Positions 38,262 to 38,322 of a DNA stretch of 38,322 nucleotides are shown piece after piece. Below the pieces are notes generated by a model. The model was not told where the DNA came from. It was given only the letters and a program-made list of their open reading frames with translations, and searched no databases. The translations under genes and the position numbers were made by a program. Numbering within the stretch: position 1 is the first letter of the stretch; each line of letters begins with the position of its first letter. The stretch is from Klebsiella phage ST16-OXA48phi5.4: the sequence record MK416015.1. One strand, 5' to 3'.

Positions 38262-38280
38262 TGTGGTCGATATGTGGACA
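38262..38280 (+). repeat. paired arm-type repeats TGTGGTCG / TGTGGACA 11 bp apart (attR side)
   Basis: same motif and spacing as 1258-1276 at opposite prophage end. Confidence 0.55.
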
Positions 38281-38322
38281 CTTTTGAAATAAATCCTTTT
38301 ATTTCAATTTATTAAATCCCAA

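Larger units (their letters stand above)
1258..38280. mobile_element. P2-like (Peduovirus-type) prophage, integrase-proximal end at left, ogr-proximal end at right
   Basis: complete P2 gene order int-C-cox-A ... Q P O N M L X Y K R S V W J I H ... FI FII E T U D ogr; TGTGGACA arm-type repeat pairs at both ends. Confidence 0.9.

Overview
This window is an almost complete P2-like (Peduovirus-type) temperate prophage of about 37 kb from an enterobacterial host. One host gene sits at the left edge, a GAF/GGDEF diguanylate cyclase on the minus strand. Gene order follows P2: int, C repressor, cox, an early operon, dam, replication gene A, a cargo island, then Q and P leftward and O N M L X, lysis, and R S V W J I ... 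H rightward. Both classical P2 cargo hotspots are occupied by low-GC, AT-rich foreign DNA. The tin/old position after gene A holds a translationally coupled two-gene cassette: a 263-aa unknown protein plus a 756-aa SF1 (Upf1/AAA_11-AAA_12-like) helicase. The Z/fun position after the tail-fibre gene holds a DUF262 (GmrS/ParB-like NTPase) protein plus a small protein with an HEPN-like Rx4H motif. Both look like anti-phage defence cassettes, and the helicase pair does not cleanly match any system I can name. Other unusual points: baseplate protein gpI is fused in frame to a bacterial Ig-like domain and about 24 BspA-type leucine-rich repeats, giving a 1008-aa protein. The tail fibre H is short, ends in a tail-collar-like domain, and has no gpG chaperone gene after it. 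The FI-FII-E/E'-T-U tail block is inverted relative to D-ogr. Dam carries a C-terminal CxxC-x8-CxxC tail. The endolysin is a P1-Lyz-like SAR endolysin with embedded Rz/Rz1-type spanins. Two highly similar Ogr-type late-promoter dyads (TCT-N12-ACAACAAAA) are visible. Paired TGTGGACA integrase arm-type repeats lie at both prophage ends. All functional calls rest on sequence motifs and recalled family similarity, with no database search.
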